Shown here piece by piece: positions 1 to 10,648 of a stretch of 64,000 bases of DNA. Position 1 is the first letter of the stretch. Each line of letters starts with the position of its first letter. A program made the translations under genes and the position numbers. The notes beneath the pieces were generated by a model. It was given only the letters and a program-made list of their open reading frames with translations. It was not told the origin of the DNA and searched no databases. The stretch comes from Solirubrobacteraceae bacterium (lineage in GTDB: Bacteria; Actinomycetota; Thermoleophilia; Solirubrobacterales; Solirubrobacteraceae), in contig DASTIC010000043.1 of the NCBI GenBank assembly GCA_035717845.1, positions 10,641 through 74,640 on the forward strand. The letters are read 5' to 3'.

Positions 1-1030
1 CGGCCATGATCGCCCCCGTGCCGTACTCCATCAGCACGTAGTCGGAGACGAACATCGGGATCCGCTGCCCGTTGACCGGGTTGACCACGTCGCGGCCCAG
101 CGGGACGCCGGTCTTGGGACGCTCGGTGTCGGCCCGCTCCTCGCTGCTCTCGCTCGCGACGCGGTTGATGTAGTCGCGGACCGCCTGCTGGTGCTCGGTG
201 CCCTCGGCCAGGCGCAGGACGTCCGGGTGCTCGGGGGCCATGACGAAGAACGTCGCGCCGAAGAGCGTGTCCGGACGGGTGGTGAAGACCGGGTAGTCGA
301 TGCCGAGCTCCGGCTGCCTGAAGGTGACCTCGGCGCCCTCGGATCGCCCGATCCAGTTGCGCTGCATCGTGACGACGTGCGGCGGCCACTGGATGGTCTC
401 GAGGTCGTCGAGCAGCCGGTCCGCGTAGTCGGTGATCCGGAAGAACCACTGCTCGAGCTGACGGACCTCCACCATGGTCCCGCAGCGCTCGCAGCGCCCG
501 TCGATCACCTGCTCGTTGGCGAGCACGGTCGCGTCCTTCGGGCACCAGTTGACCGCCGCCTTCTTGCGGTACGCGAGCCCGCGCTTGTAGAGCTGGAGGA
601 AGATCCACTGGGTCCAGCGGTAGTAGCGGGGCTCGTGGGTGCCGAACTCGCGCGACCAGTCGATCGAGATCCCCCACGAGCGCATCCCACGCTGGAAGGC
701 CTCGATCGACTTCTGCGTCGAGTCCCGCGGGTGCTCGCCGGTGTTGATCGCGTTGTTCTCGGCGGGCAGGCCGAACGCGTCGTAGCCCATCGGGTGCAGC
801 ACGCGGCGCCCGGTGCGGCGATGGAAGTGGGCGACCGCGTCCCCGACGGAGTAGTTCTTCAGGTGCCCGAGGTGTGGCTCGCCCGACGGGTACGGCAGCA
901 TCTCGAGCACGTAGGAGGCGGGAACGTCGGTGTCCTGGTCGTTGGAGACCTCCCAGGTGCGCTCGCGCTCCCAGATCTCCTGCCACTTGGGCTCGATCTT
1001 GCTCGGGTCGTAGCGCTGCTCTGCGGCCAT
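1..1030 (-). CDS. leuS: Leucyl-tRNA synthetase, N-terminal part (runs off the window)
   Basis: The reverse complement from ATG at 1030 reads MAAEQRYDPSKIEPKWQEIWERERTWEV...LEMLPYPSGEPHLGHLKNY (HIGH motif)...WCPKDATVLANEQVIDGRCERCG. It is absent from the ORF track because it is open at the window edge. The + strand ORF 191..1069 is its antisense artefact. Confidence 0.9.
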   Translation of the reverse strand, partial: MAAEQRYDPSKIEPKWQEIWERERTWEVSNDQDTDVPASYVLEMLPYPSGEPHLGHLKNYSVGDAVAHFHRRTGRRVLHPMGYDAFGLPAENNAINTGEHPRDSTQKSIEAFQRGMRSWGISIDWSREFGTHEPRYYRWTQWIFLQLYKRGLAYRKKAAVNWCPKDATVLANEQVIDGRCERCGTMVEVRQLEQWFFRITDYADRLLDDLETIQWPPHVVTMQRNWIGRSEGAEVTFRQPELGIDYPVFTTRPDTLFGATFFVMAPEHPDVLRLAEGTEHQQAVRDYINRVASESSEERADTERPKTGVPLGRDVVNPVNGQRIPMFVSDYVLMEYGTGAIMA

Positions 1031-1082
1031 GGGAGCGCGCAGGTTAGCGCCCGCCCGGCTCCGCGATAGACTGGGCCGCCTC

Positions 1083-1500
<418 letters not shown>

Positions 1501-1504
<4 letters not shown>

Positions 1505-2109
1505 GCGGGCGCCTCCGCCCGGTAGAGGCCGGCGTCGGCGATGTAGCGTTCGACCGCGTCTGGCACGAGGTGGCGGATCGGCCGCCCGGCCGCGACGTAG
1601 CGGCGGACGAGCGAGGACGAGACGTCGAGGCGTGGCATGTCGAAGAAGCTGATGCGGTCGGCGGGCAGGCCGGCGAGGCGGTCCATGATGTCGATGCGAC
1701 GGATCCCCTCTCGCTCGGCCACGGCGATCTCGGCGAGCTCGAGGATGGCCTCGGGCTCCCGCCAGGTGGGGAGCGACAGGGCCATGTCGCCTCCGACGAT
1801 GAACGTCAGCTGATCTCCCGGGGACCGCTCATGCAGCCTTCGCAGGGTATCGACCGTGAACGATGGGCCCGGGACGTCGGCGTCGGCGAGCGACACGTCG
1901 AGCCGCTCGTCTCCCGCGACCGCCAGGCGGCAGAGCTCGACGCGGTGGGCCACGCCCGGGTCGACCTCGATCCCCTTGTGCGGCGGCTCGTGCACCGGCA
2001 CGAGCAGGACGCGGTCGAGGTCGAGCTGCCCCACCGCCTGGGTCGCGCACACGAGATGCCCGATGTGCGGCGGGTTGAACGTCCCGCCGAGCAGCCCCAC
2101 GCGGGGCAC
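1501..2109 (-). CDS. nadD: Nicotinate-nucleotide adenylyltransferase
   Basis: N-terminus VGLLGGTFNPPHIGHL (the (H/T)xGH motif) and about 200 aa, in conserved nadD-rsfS linkage. Confidence 0.88.
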
Positions 2110-3369
2110 TTAGGGCCTGACCTGGCCGTCGCCTTCGACGAGGTACTTGAAGGTGCACAGCTCGCGCAGCCCGATCGGCCCGCGGGCGTGCAGCTTCTGG
2201 GTCGAGTTGCCGATCTCCGCCCCCATCCCGAACTGGCCGCCGTCCGTGAACCGCGTCGAGGCGTTCACGTAGACGCACGCGGCGTCGACGCCGAGCTGGA
2301 ACGCGCGGGCGGCCGCGGTCGCGCCGGTGACGATGGCCTCGGAATGGCCGGAGCCGTACGTCCCGATGTGCTCGATCGCCTCCTCCACCGAGTCGACGAC
2401 CCGCACCGCGAGCACGAGCGCCAGGTACTCCGTCGCCCAGTCCTCCTCGGTGGCCTCCGCCACCGCGCCGTCGACCGCGCGGACCCGCTCGTCGCCGCGC
2501 AGCTCGACGCCCGCGTCTTTCAGGTCCTCGAACACGGCCGGCAGGAACGCGTCGGCAACGTCGGCGTGCACGAGCAGCGTCTCGGCGGCGTTGCAGACGC
2601 CGGGGCGCTGGACCTTGGCGTTGACGACGATCTCGCGCGCGCTGTCGAGGTCCGCGGAAGCGTCCACGTAGACGTGGCAGTTGCCGGACGCCGCGTAGAT
2701 GACCGGCACCGTGGCCACCGCGCTCAGCGCGGCCTTCAGCCCCTCGCCGCCGCGCGGGATGATGAGGTCGACGTATCCCTCCTGCGTCGCGAGCTCGCCG
2801 AGCTCCTCGCGGCCGCCGCCGGCCACCAGCGAGAGCGCGCCCGCGGGCAGCCCGGCGCCCTCGACCGCCTCGACGGCGACCGAGGCGAGGACGGCGTTCG
2901 AGTGGGCCGCCGACGACGAGCCGCGCAGCACGATCGCGTTGCCGGATTTGAGCGCCAGCGCGGCAGCGTCGATCGTCACGTTCGGCCGCGCCTCGTAGAC
3001 CACGGCGACCACGCCGAGCGGCACGCGGACCTTGCGCACGTCGAGCCCGTTGGGAAGCCGGAAGCCGTCGAGCACCTCGCCGACGGGATCCTGGAGCGCC
3101 ACGATGTCCCGCACGCCCGCCGCCATCGCTGCCACACGACCCTCGTCGAGGGCGAGGCGATCCATCAGCGCGCTCGACAGCCCGGCCTCGCGCCCGGCCT
3201 CGAGGTCGCGCGCATTGGCCTCGAGGATCTCGGGCGTGCGAGCCTCGAGCGCGTCGGCCATCGCCAGCAGCGCGGCGTTCTTCGTCGCCGTGTCGATCGC
3301 GGCCAGCCGGCGCGCCGCGCGCTTGGCAGCGCGGCAGATGTCGGTGACCGACCGGGTCGCGATGGCCAT
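2110..3369 (-). CDS. proA: Gamma-glutamyl phosphate reductase
   Basis: The track ORF 2110..3570 has a spurious 67-aa extension. The conserved sequence begins at MAIATRSVTDICRAAKRAARRLA (ATG at 3369), giving 419 aa with an aldehyde-dehydrogenase-like core ...GNCHVYVD... Confidence 0.9.
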   Translation of the reverse strand: MAIATRSVTDICRAAKRAARRLAAIDTATKNAALLAMADALEARTPEILEANARDLEAGREAGLSSALMDRLALDEGRVAAMAAGVRDIVALQDPVGEVLDGFRLPNGLDVRKVRVPLGVVAVVYEARPNVTIDAAALALKSGNAIVLRGSSSAAHSNAVLASVAVEAVEGAGLPAGALSLVAGGGREELGELATQEGYVDLIIPRGGEGLKAALSAVATVPVIYAASGNCHVYVDASADLDSAREIVVNAKVQRPGVCNAAETLLVHADVADAFLPAVFEDLKDAGVELRGDERVRAVDGAVAEATEEDWATEYLALVLAVRVVDSVEEAIEHIGTYGSGHSEAIVTGATAAARAFQLGVDAACVYVNASTRFTDGGQFGMGAEIGNSTQKLHARGPIGLRELCTFKYLVEGDGQVRP

Positions 3370-3385
3370 GCCTGACAGTCTAAGC

Positions 3386-3520
3386 GGGGGAACGTCAACG
3401 GAGGCTGGCATGGGGCATTGCTCGCATCTCGTCGCAGCCCCGGACGACGAGATGCGAGGTATTCCCCACCCGGCCGACCGCTCACCCTCCCTACCCAGCG
3501 CAGTTGACGTTCGCGGCGAG
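3386..3520. repeat. Structured intergenic element in the proB-proA spacer
   Basis: A perfect 14-bp hairpin joins CTCGCATCTCGTCG (3421-3434) to CGACGAGATGCGAG (3445-3458). It is nested inside GGAGG/CCTCC (3400-3404 / 3486-3490) and TGGGG/CCCCA (3411-3415 / 3464-3468) pairings. A 10-bp terminal inverted repeat GAACGTCAAC (3390-3399) / GTTGACGTTC (3503-3512) closes the structure. It shares a module with 51920-51954. Confidence 0.55.
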
Positions 3521-3523
3521 AAC

Positions 3524-4615
3524 TCAGGCGAGCACGAAGTAGTCCCGGTGCACGGCCTCGGGGGTCGCACGTGGGAGCACCTCGCGGACCTCGGCCGACT
3601 GCATGCCCATGACCTGGCGCAGCTCGGCCGCCGAGTAGTTGCTGATCCCCTTGCCGATCGCCGCCCGCCCGTCGTGGACCTCGACCGCGTCGCCGGCGTC
3701 GAAGGCGCCGTCGACGCTCACGATGCCGACCGGGAGCAGGCTCGTGCCGCCCTCGCGCAGCGCCCGGGCGGCGCCGGCGTCGACGGTCACGGTCCCGTGG
3801 CTCGGCTTCGCGTACTTGAGCCACAGCTTGAAGCTCGATTGGCGCGTCGCCTGCGGGGCGAAGCGGGTGCCGGCCGGCTCGCCGGCGACCGCGCGGGCGA
3901 GCACGCCGGGGATCAGCCCGCTGCCGATCACGGTGGCGATGCCGGCCGCCGACGCCATCTCGGCGGCCACCACCTTGGAGCGCATCCCGCCCGACCCCAG
4001 CGGCGACGGCGCGTGGCCGATCTCGAGCCGCTCGAGCTCCGCCGGGTCGGCGATCTCCTCGACGAGCCGCGCATCCGGCGACCGCCGCGGATCGGCCGTG
4101 TAGAGACCTTCGGTGTCGGTCAGGAGCACGAGCACGTCGGCACCCACGAGCACCGAGACCTGCGCCGCGAGGAAGTCGTTGTCCCCGAACGAGATCTCGT
4201 CGGTCGTCGTCGTGTCGTTCTCGTTGATCACCGGGACGATGTGCCACTCGAGCAGCTTGCGCAGCGTCCGACGGGCGTTCAGGTAGTGCGTGCGCGCGCT
4301 CATGTCGAAGAACGTGAGCAGCACCTGGGCCGAGCGGACGCCGCGCTCGCGCAGCAGGTCGTCGTACGTGTGGTAGAGCCGGCCCTGCCCGATCGCGCTC
4401 GCCGCCTGGAGGTCCTCGATCGCCGCCGGGCGCGCCCCCAGCTCCAGCAGGTGCATCCCGCGGGCGATCGCGCCGCTGGTGACGATCACCACCTCCACGC
4501 CGGACCGGTGCAGCGCGGCGACCTCCTCGCACACGCGGGCGACGACGGACAGCCGGAGCTCGCCCGACTCCTCGGCGACGATCGACGATCCCAGCTTGAC
4601 CACCGCGACGGGCAT
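3524..4615 (-). CDS. proB: Glutamate 5-kinase (with C-terminal PUA domain)
   Basis: 363 aa beginning MPVAVVKLGSSIVAEESGEL, with an amino-acid kinase fold and a PUA-like C-terminus. It lies upstream of proA. Confidence 0.9.
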   Translation of the reverse strand: MPVAVVKLGSSIVAEESGELRLSVVARVCEEVAALHRSGVEVVIVTSGAIARGMHLLELGARPAAIEDLQAASAIGQGRLYHTYDDLLRERGVRSAQVLLTFFDMSARTHYLNARRTLRKLLEWHIVPVINENDTTTTDEISFGDNDFLAAQVSVLVGADVLVLLTDTEGLYTADPRRSPDARLVEEIADPAELERLEIGHAPSPLGSGGMRSKVVAAEMASAAGIATVIGSGLIPGVLARAVAGEPAGTRFAPQATRQSSFKLWLKYAKPSHGTVTVDAGAARALREGGTSLLPVGIVSVDGAFDAGDAVEVHDGRAAIGKGISNYSAAELRQVMGMQSAEVREVLPRATPEAVHRDYFVLA

Positions 4616-4628
4616 GCGCGCCCGGAGC

Positions 4629-6655
<2,027 letters not shown>

Positions 6656-6663
6656 TTGTCTAA

Positions 6664-6713
6664 CGTCGCCGAAGGCGAGCGCGACGAAGGAGCAGCTCGC
6701 CTGGCAGGCGAAA
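6664..6713 (+). repeat. Small repeat, copy 2
   Basis: 50 nt in the same orientation as copy 1. The first 14 nt, the GCGACGAAGGAGC core and the CTGGCAGGCGAAA tail are identical. The stem differs by compensatory changes (GGCGAGC/GCTCGCC versus GGCGGG/CCCGCC). Confidence 0.6.
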
Positions 6714-6720
6714 CCAGATA

Positions 6721-6996
6721 TCAGTGCGACGAAGGAGCATCTGACGTGGCAGGCGAAACGCTAATCACCCGGCCGCGGCGGCCCGCGCGGAACTGCACGA
6801 TGCCCGGCGCCTTCGCGTAGATCGTGTCGTCCTTGCCGATGCCGACGCCGTCGCCCGGCTTGAAGCGCGTACCGCGCTGGCGCACGATGATCTCGCCGCC
6901 GGTGACGGTCTGGCCGGCGAACACCTTCACGCCGAGGCGCTTGGCGTTCGAGTCACGGCCGTTGCGGCTGGAGCCGAGCCCCTTCTTGTGTGCCAT
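6721..6996 (-). CDS. rpmA: 50S ribosomal protein L27
   Basis: [29 protein letters not shown]...[13 protein letters not shown], 91 aa. It is embedded in the artefactual track ORF 6721..7686. Confidence 0.93.
   Translation of the reverse strand: MAHKKGLGSSRNGRDSNAKRLGVKVFAGQTVTGGEIIVRQRGTRFKPGDGVGIGKDDTIYAKAPGIVQFRAGRRGRVISVSPATSDAPSSH
6726..6758 (+). repeat. Small repeat, truncated copy 3 (inside the rpmA 3' end)
   Basis: GCGACGAAGGAGCATCTGACGTGGCAGGCGAAA keeps the core and tail but lacks the 5' CGTCGCCGAAGGCG segment. Confidence 0.5.
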
Positions 6997-7316
6997 TACT
7001 TCGAGCTCCCGATCTTGGTGATGCGCAGGCGGGTGAGCTCCTGACGGTGCCCCGTGCGGCGGCGGTAGCCGCGCTTGGGCTTGAACTTGAACACCCGCAG
7101 CTTCGGGCCGCGCTCGTGGCCGACGATCTCGGCCTTCACGGGCGCCTTGGCGAGCTTGGCGGCGTCGAGCACCGGGTTCTTGCCGTCGCCGGCGAGGAGG
7201 ATCGGCACGAGGCTGATCTTGGCGCCCGGCTCGTCGGGCAGGCGCTCGACGAGCAGGGTCTGGCCCTCCTCGACGCGGTACTGCTTGCCGCCTGTCTTGA
7301 TGACTGCGTAGGACAT
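6996..7316 (-). CDS. rplU: 50S ribosomal protein L21
   Basis: [19 protein letters not shown]... from ATG at 7316. An alternative GTG at 7325 overlaps the rne stop. The stop TAA overlaps the rpmA ATG by 1 nt. Confidence 0.92.
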   Translation of the reverse strand: MSYAVIKTGGKQYRVEEGQTLLVERLPDEPGAKISLVPILLAGDGKNPVLDAAKLAKAPVKAEIVGHERGPKLRVFKFKPKRGYRRRTGHRQELTRLRITKIGSSK

Positions 7317-7321
7317 GATGC

Positions 7322-9391
7322 TCACTCGGACGCCTTGGCGCGCGAACGGCGCCGTCCGCCTCTGCGGCCGCGGCGCCGGGACGGAGAGGATAGCGCCTCA
7401 CCGTCCGAAGCCTCCTCGACCGCCGCGGGCGCGGTGCTGGCCTCGGGGCCCGCCGGCGCGTCGTCGGCGAGCGTCCGCGTGGCGTCCGCCTTCGCGCTCT
7501 CGCGCGCCTTGCGCGCGGCGGCGCCGCGCTTGGCGGCCGCCGACCGGCGCGCGCGCTCGTCGACCTTCTTGCGCTCGGCCGCGCGCTCGACGGCGGCCTG
7601 CTCGGCCGCCTCGGCGTCGGGGCCGGTGAGCGCGGCGACCGCGTTCGTCCGCCCCGCCTGCTCGATCCGCACGAGCTTCTTGTCACCCACGAAGCCGATC
7701 CCGCCGGTCACCGTGATCAGGTAGCCGTCGATCTTGGCCACGCCGTCGTCCGGGTTGTACATGTGCGGCTCGACGATGTCGACGTGGACCTCCTCGCCGG
7801 CCCGGAACGGCACGGCGCGCTCCTCGATCTCGGCGCGCGTGCCCTCCATCGTGACCACGAAGTGCTCGAGCGGCAGCCCCTCGGAGCCCTCGAAGTGGAA
7901 GTAGCGGCCGGTCTGCTCCTCGAGCGCGTGCAGCTCGCGCGCGCCGTCGGCGGTGAACCAGGCGCTGACGCGCGGGTTCATGCGCAGCAGGTAGGCCTCC
8001 GGGCCCCCGTCGCCCTGCTCGGCGATCATGTGGCGCAGGTGGCGGGCGATGCCGATCGCGATCGTCTCCTCCGACTTGATCACGCCCTCGCCGTGGCACA
8101 CCGGGCACGTGCGGGACATGATCTCGCGCACGCCGTCGGTGACGTTCTGGCGGGTCATCTCGACCAGCCCGAGCGGCGAGATCTCGACCACGAACGTCTT
8201 CGTGCGGTCCTCGTCGAGCGACTTGCGCAGCACCTTGAGCACCGCGTCGCGGTTGCGGGCCCGCGCCATGTCGATGAAGTCGATGACGATGATGCCGCCG
8301 ATGTCGCGCAGCCGCAGCTGGCGCACGACCTCCTCGGCGGCCTCGAGGTTGGTCTTGGTGATCGTGTCCTCGAGCCGGGCGCTCTTGCCCTTGCCGGTGA
8401 ACGAGCCGGTGTTGACGTCGATGACGGTCAGCGCCTCGGCGTAGTCGATCATCAGGTAGCCGCCGCTCGGCAGGTCCACGCGGCGGTTGAGCATCCCCTC
8501 GATCACCCGCTCGACGGCGAAGGCCTCGAACAGCGGGTCGTTCTCCTCCCATAGCTCCACGCGGTCGACCAGCTCGGGCGCCGTGCGGGTGAAGAAGGAG
8601 ATCAGCCGGTGGTGCTGCTGCGGGTCGTCGACCACCGCGCGCTCGAAGTGAGCGGAGAAGATGTCGCGCACCACGCGCACGGAGAGGTCGGCCTCCTGGA
8701 AGACGAGCGCGGGAGCGTCGGACTCGCGCACGCGCTGCTCGAGCACCTGGTTGAGCTTGAACAGGTACTGGAGCTCGCGCTCGAAGTCGCCCCGCTTGGC
8801 GCCGTGGGCAGCGGTGCGGATGATGGCGCCGCCCCCGCCGAGGTCGAGCTGCTTGGCCTCCTTGCGCAGGCGGTCGCGCTCCTTGTCCTCGAGCCGGCGC
8901 GACACGCCGACGCCCTCGCCGGTCGGCGCGTAGACCATGTAACGGCCCGCGATCGTGAGCTCCATCGAGAGCCGCGCGCCCTTGGTCTTGAGCGGATCCT
9001 TGACGACCTGGACGACGATCTCCTGCCCCGGCGAGAGCAGGTCGGTGATGCGAGGGCCGTTGCCGCGCCCGCGACGGGCCTGCTCCTGCCCCGGGATGAC
9101 GATCTCGTCGACGTGCAGGAACCCGTTCTTGTCGAGCCCGATGTCGACGAATGCCGCCTCGAGCCCGGGCAGGACGTTATCGACCTTGCCCAGGTAGATG
9201 TTGCCGACGATCGACCGACCGCCGCGGCGCTCGAAGTAGACCTCGGCGACGCGGTAGCCGGCCGGGACGTCCGGCTTCTTACGCCGGCGCCCGCCGGATT
9301 TCGACGGCGCTGCCGCCGGGTCCCCAGCGGCCTCCAGCATGGCGACCCGGGTCTCTCCCCGGTCGACCGTGACCAGCACTTGCTTTTTCAC
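7322..9391 (-). CDS. rne: Ribonuclease E/G family endoribonuclease with Arg/Ala-rich C-terminal tail
   Basis: S1-domain region [36 protein letters not shown], a catalytic core, and the Zn-link [11 protein letters not shown] start at 9391. Confidence 0.88.
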   Translation of the reverse strand: MKKQVLVTVDRGETRVAMLEAAGDPAAAPSKSGGRRRKKPDVPAGYRVAEVYFERRGGRSIVGNIYLGKVDNVLPGLEAAFVDIGLDKNGFLHVDEIVIPGQEQARRGRGNGPRITDLLSPGQEIVVQVVKDPLKTKGARLSMELTIAGRYMVYAPTGEGVGVSRRLEDKERDRLRKEAKQLDLGGGGAIIRTAAHGAKRGDFERELQYLFKLNQVLEQRVRESDAPALVFQEADLSVRVVRDIFSAHFERAVVDDPQQHHRLISFFTRTAPELVDRVELWEENDPLFEAFAVERVIEGMLNRRVDLPSGGYLMIDYAEALTVIDVNTGSFTGKGKSARLEDTITKTNLEAAEEVVRQLRLRDIGGIIVIDFIDMARARNRDAVLKVLRKSLDEDRTKTFVVEISPLGLVEMTRQNVTDGVREIMSRTCPVCHGEGVIKSEETIAIGIARHLRHMIAEQGDGGPEAYLLRMNPRVSAWFTADGARELHALEEQTGRYFHFEGSEGLPLEHFVVTMEGTRAEIEERAVPFRAGEEVHVDIVEPHMYNPDDGVAKIDGYLITVTGGIGFVGDKKLVRIEQAGRTNAVAALTGPDAEAAEQAAVERAAERKKVDERARRSAAAKRGAAARKARESAKADATRTLADDAPAGPEASTAPAAVEEASDGEALSSPSRRRGRRGGRRRSRAKASE

Positions 9392-9400
9392 AGAATGTCC

Positions 9401-10648
9401 TCATTGGAAGATTGAGGCCCTCCCCTTGTGCTCGGCCGTTTCGCGCGCCTGCGCGTGGACGGAGTGGAGCAGCCCGAGGGCCAGGAACGTTGCGAGCATC
9501 GACGAGCCGCCGAAGCTCAGAAGTGGGGCGGTGACGCCGGTGATGGGCATGATCCCCACGTTCATCCCGATGTTCACGAAGAGCTGGAAGAGCAGCATCA
9601 CGGTGATGCCACCGGCGAGCAGCGCGCCATACAGGTTCTTCGCGACGGTCAGGATGTGCAAACCTCGCCATATAAGTAGCGCGTAGAGCGAGAGGATGAG
9701 CGCGCAACCGGCGAAACCGTAGGTCTCGCCGACCACGGCGAAGATGAAGTCGGTGTGGTGCTCGGGCAGGAAGTTGAGCGACGTCTGGGTCGCGTTCTCG
9801 ACCCCGCGGCCGGTCTTCTCCCCCGAGCCCATGGCGATCAGCGCCTGGTGCTGCTGGTACCCCTCGTCGCCCGGATCGGCGGAGGGGTGCAGGAACGAGG
9901 TCAGGCGGTCGACCTGGTACGGCTTGAGCACCTCGACCCCGGCCATCGGCGCCGCCACCAGCACGATCGTGACGGCCACGGCGAACAGGCCGCTCAGCGC
10001 CGCGAAGTGCCGCCACGGCGCGCCGGCCACGAACAGCAGCGCCAGCGTGCCGGCGACGTAGACCATCGCGGAGCCGAGGTCCGGCTCGGCCATCACCAGC
10101 ATCGTCGGGACGAGCCCGAGCACCATGATCCGCGCCGTCGTGTCGCGCCCCATGCGCCGCATGCGGTCGACCAAGAAGCCGGCGAGGGCCACGATCAGCA
10201 GCACCTTGCCGACCTCGGACGGCTGGAAGTTGAAGAACGGCAGCTCGATCCACGACCGCGAGCCGCGCGTGACGCCGGCGATCGCGAGCACGATCAGGAT
10301 CAGGATCAGCAGCAGCCCGTAGACCGGGTACCGCAGCTCCCGCAGCCGCGAGTAGTCGAGCCGCGAGGCGCCGTACATGAGCACGACGCCGACCGCTGCG
10401 TACAGGCTCTGGCGCAGCACGTAGTAGTCCGGCTCGCCGGCGATGTCGTTCTCGGTCGCGCTGTTGAGCGCGACGATCGAGCACGCGACGAGGCCGAGCG
10501 TGGCGAGCAGCAGCAGCGGGTCGAGCCGCAACCGCCACTCGCGGGGCACGAGCGGGGGCGGAGGCTCCGAAGCGGGTTGGATCGGGTGCGTGCTCAATTC
10601 GACTGGTCCGAGCCGGCCTTGAACTCGTCGTCCTTCAGATCGAACCAC
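9401..10648 (-). CDS. rodA: Peptidoglycan glycosyltransferase RodA (SEDS family)
   Basis: A multi-TM FtsW/RodA/SpoVE family sequence immediately downstream of mrdA. The true start may be TTG at 10597, which overlaps the mrdA stop as TTGA. Confidence 0.85.
   Translation of the reverse strand: MVRSEGRRVQGRLGPVELSTHPIQPASEPPPPLVPREWRLRLDPLLLLATLGLVACSIVALNSATENDIAGEPDYYVLRQSLYAAVGVVLMYGASRLDYSRLRELRYPVYGLLLILILIVLAIAGVTRGSRSWIELPFFNFQPSEVGKVLLIVALAGFLVDRMRRMGRDTTARIMVLGLVPTMLVMAEPDLGSAMVYVAGTLALLFVAGAPWRHFAALSGLFAVAVTIVLVAAPMAGVEVLKPYQVDRLTSFLHPSADPGDEGYQQHQALIAMGSGEKTGRGVENATQTSLNFLPEHHTDFIFAVVGETYGFAGCALILSLYALLIWRGLHILTVAKNLYGALLAGGITVMLLFQLFVNIGMNVGIMPITGVTAPLLSFGGSSMLATFLALGLLHSVHAQARETAEHKGRASIFQ

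Noticed and set aside
7322-7700. Arg/Ala-rich C-terminal tail of the RNase E/G protein, considered as a separate or mis-framed ORF
   Set aside because: It is continuous in frame with the catalytic domain. Basic low-complexity tails are normal for RNase E scaffolding regions.
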